The translations under genes and the position numbers were made by a program. The notes beneath the pieces were generated by a model. The model made no database searches and was not told the DNA's origin. It saw only the letters and a program-made list of their open reading frames with translations. This document shows, piece by piece, positions 57,912 through 64,000 of a DNA stretch of 64,000 nucleotides; position 1 is the first letter of the stretch, and every line of letters begins with the position of its first letter. The stretch is from an uncultured Trueperaceae bacterium (lineage in GTDB: Bacteria; Deinococcota; Deinococci; Deinococcales; Trueperaceae): contig CAWFFU010000003.1 of NCBI GenBank assembly GCA_963815215.1, positions 480,001 to 544,000 on the forward strand. Direction: 5' to 3'.

Positions 57912-57948
57912 CGAACGGTGCCCGACCTCCCAGGCCGGGCACCGTTCG
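57912..57948 (+). terminator. Stem-loop after pilQ
   Basis: 13-bp inverted repeat CGAACGGTGCCCG/CGGGCACCGTTCG; no U-tract. Confidence 0.55.
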
Positions 57949-58021
57949 CGTGGTCGCCGACGCCGTTCGGGACGCGTTCACCACGCTCGGTGCGGCACCC
58001 GAGCCGTGATACATTACCGGA

Positions 58022-59179
<1,158 letters not shown>

Positions 59180-59189
59180 AGCGCGTGCC

Positions 59190-59753
59190 GTGGCCGCTCT
59201 CCGCTACTTCCCTCCCGATCGACCGGTCACCTGGGTCGCCATGGCCGGCTTCATGGGGACGGGCAAGAGCCGCATCGGCTGGGAGCTGTCCCGGCGTCTC
59301 AGCCTCACCTTCATCGACACCGATCGTGTCATCGAGCGGGTGAGCAACATGCGCATCGCCGACATCTTCGAGCTCTACGGCGAAGAGGTGTTCCGCGACT
59401 ACGAGGCCGAGGTGGTGCGCCGCTGCGTCCGCCTCGACGAGGTCGTAGTCTCCACCGGCGGCGGGACCATCCAGCGTCGGGAGAACCGCGGCCTGTTGAG
59501 GCAACGGGGGCCGGTGGTGGTGCTCACGGCCACCCCCGAGACCATCTACCGGCGCACGCGCCGCAACCGCCGTCCGCTGTTGGAGCTCGGAGATCCCGAG
59601 GAGCGCATCCGCGAGTTGATGCTGGCGCGCGCCGCGGCCTACCAGGACGTGGCCAGCTTCAGCGTATCCACCGAGGGGCGCCAGTCCGAGGACGTCGTGG
59701 ACGAGATCGTAGAGAGGTTGGAAGCATGGGCGAGCAGCCAACACCCCACTTGA
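59190..59753 (+). CDS. aroK: Shikimate kinase
   Basis: GFMGTGKS, FIDTD, STGGG, RPLL. Confidence 0.95.
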   Translation: MAALRYFPPDRPVTWVAMAGFMGTGKSRIGWELSRRLSLTFIDTDRVIERVSNMRIADIFELYGEEVFRDYEAEVVRRCVRLDEVVVSTGGGTIQRRENRGLLRQRGPVVVLTATPETIYRRTRRNRRPLLELGDPEERIRELMLARAAAYQDVASFSVSTEGRQSEDVVDEIVERLEAWASSQHPT

Positions 59754-60808
59754 TCCGCGTCCGTGTGCGACCGGCCTATACCGTGACGGTCGGCGCAGGC
59801 GTGCTCGATTCGCTCGCGGTCACCGTGCGGGAGCGGCGGCTGGCGCTGGTGAGCGACAGCAACGTCGGTCCGCGCTACGGCTCCAGGGTGCACGACGCGT
59901 TGACCGCGGCCGGGGCTCAGGTGGCGCGCTTCGAGGTGCCGGCGGGCGAGGACAGCAAATCGGCCGAGCGCTGGCTCGAGCTCCAGCGCGGCTTCGCGCG
60001 CGAGCGCCTCGACCGGGCGTCGGCCGTGGTCGCGGTGGGGGGCGGCGTGGTGGGCGACCTCGCCGGCTTCGCGGCCGCCACCTACCTGCGGGGCCTGGCC
60101 TGGTACCAGGTACCCACGTCGCTGCTGGCCATGGTCGACGCCAGCGTCGGCGGGAAGACGGCCATCGACCTTCCCGAGGGCAAGAACCTCACGGGAGCGT
60201 TCTGGCAACCGCGTGCGGTCCTCGCCGACGTCCGCACGCTGAGCACGCTGCCCGCACCCGAGTTCCGGCAGGGCGCCGTGGAGCTCTTCAAGCACGGGCT
60301 GCTGGCCGATCCGGCGCTGCTCGATCCCTTCGATCACGGCTTCGCAGCCGACTGGCCGGAGCAGGCGCTGGCCGAGACGATCGCTCGGTCGGTCGCGGTC
60401 AAGGCCGAGATCGTAGCGCAGGACGAGCGCGAGAGCGGCGTGAGGGCCCACCTGAACCTGGGGCACACGCTTGCGCACGCCCTGGAGGCGGTCAGCGACC
60501 ACGCCCTCCCCCACGGTGACGCCGTCGCCTACGGGCTGCATTTCGCGGCGTTGTTGGCGCGCGCCCGCGGCCTGGCCGATGTCACCCCGCGCACCCGACG
60601 CCTGCTGGCCTGGGAACGTCCCGCTCCCCTGCCGGACGCGCCGTTCGACAGCCTGCGCCTGTTCATGGCGCGCGACAAGAAGAACCGCAGCGGCCGCCAG
60701 CGTTTCGTGCTCCTCGAGGACCTCGGACGACCGGTGGTGGTCGACGACGTCACCGAGCAGGAGCAGGAGCGCGCCTGGGACGAGCTGCTCGAGGAGGTGG
60801 GCCCATGA
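59726..60808 (+). CDS. aroB: 3-dehydroquinate synthase
   Basis: [34 protein letters not shown]. Confidence 0.96.
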   Translation: MGEQPTPHLIRVRVRPAYTVTVGAGVLDSLAVTVRERRLALVSDSNVGPRYGSRVHDALTAAGAQVARFEVPAGEDSKSAERWLELQRGFARERLDRASAVVAVGGGVVGDLAGFAAATYLRGLAWYQVPTSLLAMVDASVGGKTAIDLPEGKNLTGAFWQPRAVLADVRTLSTLPAPEFRQGAVELFKHGLLADPALLDPFDHGFAADWPEQALAETIARSVAVKAEIVAQDERESGVRAHLNLGHTLAHALEAVSDHALPHGDAVAYGLHFAALLARARGLADVTPRTRRLLAWERPAPLPDAPFDSLRLFMARDKKNRSGRQRFVLLEDLGRPVVVDDVTEQEQERAWDELLEEVGP

Positions 60809-61233
60809 TCCTGGTCTTGAACGGACCGAACCTGAACCTGCTGGGCCGTCGCGAACCCGAGGTCTACGGCTCCGCCACCCTGGCCGAGCTCGAGGCGTCG
60901 TGCGTGGAGGCGGGGCGGGAGCTCGGCGTCGAGGTGGTGTGCCGGCAGAGCAACCACGAGGGCCAGCTCATCGACTGGCTCCACGGCGCTGCGGACGAAG
61001 GCGCGATCGGCGTGGTGTTGAACCCCGGAGGCTACACCCATACCTCGGTGGCGCTACGCGACGCCATCGCGGGGATCACCGTGCCGGTGGTCGAGGTCCA
61101 CCTGTCGAACGTGCATGCGCGCGAGCCGTTCCGGCACCGCAGCCTGACCGCCGCCGCGTGCGCGGGCAGCGTGGTGGGTCTCGGTGAAGCCGGCTACGCC
61201 CTGGCCTTGCGGTACCTGGCACGCCGGCGCTGA
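60805..61233 (+). CDS. aroQ: Type II 3-dehydroquinate dehydratase
   Basis: [18 protein letters not shown] and [14 protein letters not shown]. Confidence 0.97.
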   Translation: MILVLNGPNLNLLGRREPEVYGSATLAELEASCVEAGRELGVEVVCRQSNHEGQLIDWLHGAADEGAIGVVLNPGGYTHTSVALRDAIAGITVPVVEVHLSNVHAREPFRHRSLTAAACAGSVVGLGEAGYALALRYLARRR

Positions 61234-61266
61234 CGCGGCGGACACCGTCCTCGGCCACCCGTACCC

Positions 61267-61809
61267 TCAGCCCCGCAGGAAGCTGTCGGGCTGTCCTTCC
61301 AGCGCCGGCAGATCGTTGAGCGACCGCAATCCGAACTCGAGCAGGAAACGCGCGGTCGTCGCGTAGAGAAGCGGTCTGCCGACGATCTCCTTGTGTCCGA
61401 TCGCCTTGACGAGCTCACGCTCTTGGAGCGTGTCGAGCGTCGACGAACACGAGGCCCCTCGGGCCGCCTCCAGCTCGCCGCGCGTCACCGGCTGATGGTA
61501 CGCCACCAGGGCCAGGGTCTCGAGTGCGGCATTCGTGAGGCTGGGAAGCGGCGAGGGCGCCAGGAGACCCTGCCAGATGACCCAACCAGGCGCGAGCGCG
61601 ACGACCAGGCGGTAGCCCCCGGCAACCTCGTCGACCACCAGGCCGAGGTCGGCGCCGACGAGCGTTGCGGCCGAAGGTCGTCCACGACCCGCGTGAGCAA
61701 CGCCTCCGAGCGAGACGCCCAGCAGGCGTTGAAGCTCCGTCGACCGACGGGCACGGTCCGCCGCCAGCAACGCCGCATTGAGGAGCGCTGTGCCTTCCAT
61801 CGTGCCCAT
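61267..61809 (-). CDS. scpB: Segregation and condensation protein ScpB (N-half locally frame-scrambled)
   Basis: LTNAALETLALVAYHQPVTRGE and GRPLLYATTARFLLEFGL. Confidence 0.88.
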   Translation of the reverse strand: MGTMEGTALLNAALLAADRARRSTELQRLLGVSLGGVAHAGRGRPSAATLVGADLGLVVDEVAGGYRLVVALAPGWVIWQGLLAPSPLPSLTNAALETLALVAYHQPVTRGELEAARGASCSSTLDTLQERELVKAIGHKEIVGRPLLYATTARFLLEFGLRSLNDLPALEGQPDSFLRG

Positions 61810-61903
61810 CTTCCCAATCCCTGCGTCATCGGTCAAGCTGTTCTGCCCTGCCCCCCCATTCGGTGGTGCCCGCTTCGCAACGGCTTCGCTAACATGACAG
61901 GTA

Positions 61904-62374
61904 ATGAAGCCACAACAAGGGTTCTCCTTGATCGAACTCATCATCGTCGTGGCCATCCTTGGAATCCTTGCGGGGATCGCCATCCTGGTCATACCCCGTG
62001 GTCGCATGGCCGTGAACCAGGCCGCCAATGGGTTCGCCCACCAGTTCCCGAGGGCGCGTATCGAGGCGCTCAGGAGCGATACCTTCGCGGGGGTCGCGTT
62101 CAGTACGGTGGGTGACGGCTCGTACTACGTCTGTGTCGATCAGGACGCGAACCAGCAGTGTGCACCCAGCGAAACGGTCCAGACCGTGGTGATGGGACAG
62201 GGATCGTATGCGAGCGTTCGCCTCACTGCTACCTCGACTGGTTTCACGCAGTTCATGTTCGACCCGCGCGGGATCCCGATGAGTTCCGGGGGAACTGTGA
62301 CGTTCTCTACTCCCAATGGGGACTACACCGTCAGCGTCGCGGTAACGGCGGCGGGGAAGGCCAGCGTGCAATGA
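61904..62374 (+). CDS. Minor pilin (FimT / PilA1-like)
   Basis: QQG|FSLIELIIVV prepilin signal and FDPRG motif. Confidence 0.88.
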   Translation: MKPQQGFSLIELIIVVAILGILAGIAILVIPRGRMAVNQAANGFAHQFPRARIEALRSDTFAGVAFSTVGDGSYYVCVDQDANQQCAPSETVQTVVMGQGSYASVRLTATSTGFTQFMFDPRGIPMSSGGTVTFSTPNGDYTVSVAVTAAGKASVQ

Positions 62375-62955
62375 GACATCATCGCAAGGGGCTCACTGTG
62401 ATTGAGGTGCTCATCGCCCTCGCGGTGATCGCCGTCGCGTTCGCCGCCCTCGCCTACGTCCAGGTGACGAATCTTCATGCAACCGCGCGCTCCCGCCTCA
62501 CGACTGAAGCGAAGACGGTGGCCGCGAACGTGCTGCAAGCCAGGATCGATCAGATACTGCAGGTCGAGAAGTCGGGAGACAGCAGGTACAACGACGCGAG
62601 CACAGGTTATGAGAGCTACTACTTCGTCGACTACTACTGGAGCTGCTTGTCCTCTCAGACGATCCAGAACCCCTCCGGGACGCGCACCGCTCTACGGTCA
62701 GTAACATGTTCGGATACTGGTGCCGAAGAGGCGGTTCAGGACGGGATGGTCACGCCCAAATGGACGATCATTGGTGAGTCAGGTGTTGGCGGCGAGGGCG
62801 TCATCGATATCACGGTCACCGCGACGCACAGCGCAGGTCCGGCCGTGACGCTGTCCGACCGTCTGAGCTGCTACGACGTGTACCCATCGCCCACGATTGA
62901 CACGCCGGCACCCTGTCCAGTTCCTACGCAAACAGGCGGAGGCCGCACGCCATGA
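62371..62955 (+). CDS. Minor pilin (PilV / PilA2-like)
   Basis: RKG|LTVIEVLIAL; ATGA overlap with the previous gene; Cys pairs. Confidence 0.85.
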   Translation: MRHHRKGLTVIEVLIALAVIAVAFAALAYVQVTNLHATARSRLTTEAKTVAANVLQARIDQILQVEKSGDSRYNDASTGYESYYFVDYYWSCLSSQTIQNPSGTRTALRSVTCSDTGAEEAVQDGMVTPKWTIIGESGVGGEGVIDITVTATHSAGPAVTLSDRLSCYDVYPSPTIDTPAPCPVPTQTGGGRTP

Positions 62956-63677
62956 GGCGGTCGACGGCGGGACTCACGATCGTCGAGTTGCTGATCGCGG
63001 CCTCCCTCCTGGTCGTGATGCTGGGCATGGTCGGGGTCTACTTCGCGCGGACGGCGAGTCTCACCCGGGATACACAGGCGCGATCTCAGGTCCAGGACAC
63101 CGCGCGCAGCGTTATGCAGCTCGTCACGAACGACATTCTGTCAGCTGGAGCAAACCAGTACGTGCCCGCGGGTACCGCATCCGTGACACCCATCATCCTC
63201 ACTGGGGCGATTCCCACGGGCACCGACGGAGGCCTTCTCGACGCCGTGGACTTGCAGTACGTCAGCAGTCTCCGGCCGACGCTGGCGACTGCATGCCGAC
63301 AGGTCGAATACCAGGTAAGCGGGAGCACCCTGGAGCGAAGCGATGTGCCTTGCTCGGGTACCGCGAACCTGTCCACGCTTGCCGACCACGTCCTCGCTTT
63401 TGACCTGGTGTACGTATGTAGTGACACGAACTCGGCGGCAACACCTAGCGACTGCCCGAGCAACACCTACGTTCGTTCCGTTCGGGTCGGCCTAATGGTC
63501 CGGTCCGATCACACGGTCCAGGGATCGGGGCCCTCCCCTACGTATACGGCACCGACGCCCACCTACCCGACGGGAACGGGAGGTCAATCGGTGACCTGTC
63601 CCGCAACGTACGTGTGTGCAGTACTAGAGCAGACCGTTCAGACCCCGAGCCTCAAGCAGTATGCCCCCGGAGGGTAG
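62952..63677 (+). CDS. Minor pilin (PilA3-like)
   Basis: TAG|LTIVELLIAA; several Cys pairs; ATGA overlap. Confidence 0.85.
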   Translation: MRRSTAGLTIVELLIAASLLVVMLGMVGVYFARTASLTRDTQARSQVQDTARSVMQLVTNDILSAGANQYVPAGTASVTPIILTGAIPTGTDGGLLDAVDLQYVSSLRPTLATACRQVEYQVSGSTLERSDVPCSGTANLSTLADHVLAFDLVYVCSDTNSAATPSDCPSNTYVRSVRVGLMVRSDHTVQGSGPSPTYTAPTPTYPTGTGGQSVTCPATYVCAVLEQTVQTPSLKQYAPGG

Positions 63678-63684
63678 ACCCATC

Positions 63685-64000
63685 ATGCGTCGAAACCACG
63701 AAGGAATCGCGCTCGTAACCGCGTTGATCATCCTCGCAGTCATCACCCTCCTGGTACTGGGGACTGTCTTCACCACCCAGATTGAGTCGTGGACCACCCG
63801 CAATGACACGACCTCGACCGAGGCGTACTACGTGGCGCAGGCCGGTATCGAGAAGTACAAGACGGTCGCGTTCCAGACATTCCGGTTCTACCTCGACCAC
63901 CTTCAGCAATACGGCGATAACCTGGGCACGTCGGCCATCTGCGGAAATCTCCTCGCGAGCGGGCTCGATCTCGATCGCGACTTCAGCTTCGATACCAACA
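63685..64000 (+). CDS. comZ: ComZ / PilX-like pilus tip protein (truncated by window end)
   Basis: MRRNHEG|IALVTALIIL...TTQIESWTTRNDTTSTEAYYVAQAGIEKYK...GLDLDRD, closely resembling the Thermus ComZ N-terminus as I recall it; lacks E5. Confidence 0.8.
   Translation, partial: MRRNHEGIALVTALIILAVITLLVLGTVFTTQIESWTTRNDTTSTEAYYVAQAGIEKYKTVAFQTFRFYLDHLQQYGDNLGTSAICGNLLASGLDLDRDFSFDTN

Overview
High-GC chromosomal core region of a Deinococcota bacterium. This assignment is inferred from the Thermus/Deinococcus-type PilA4/PilMNOWQ/ComZ system, the short IF-2, fused SecDF and frequent leaderless genes. Contents in order: major pilin, SRP RNA, fructosamine kinase, LMW-PTP, rel, an lptA/lptD/lptF-G-like cluster, an M16 peptidase pair, SDR, trpC, acyP, a 3377-aa TamB, an ABC exporter, ctpA, glgA, a TPR protein, a cytochrome c, glmS with its ribozyme, cvpA, pheST, a class V aminotransferase, rimP-nusA-ylxR-infB, secDF, prmA, a PlsY-reductase fusion, dnaB, ftsH, pilMNOWQ, aroCKBQ, scpB and a minor pilin/comZ cluster. 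No mobile element, CRISPR array, tRNA or rRNA was seen. The most interesting signals are: (1) a leaderless signal-peptide uORF directly upstream of secDF, a candidate SecM/MifM-like arrest peptide ending YGRLQLEGG; (2) two leaderless micro-ORF plus terminator attenuators, ahead of pheST and the aminotransferase; (3) a glmS ribozyme with a large multi-hairpin insertion in its core; (4) a PlsY fused to an acyl-ACP-reductase-like domain; (5) a non-canonical SRP helix 8. All calls are by eye, without database searches.
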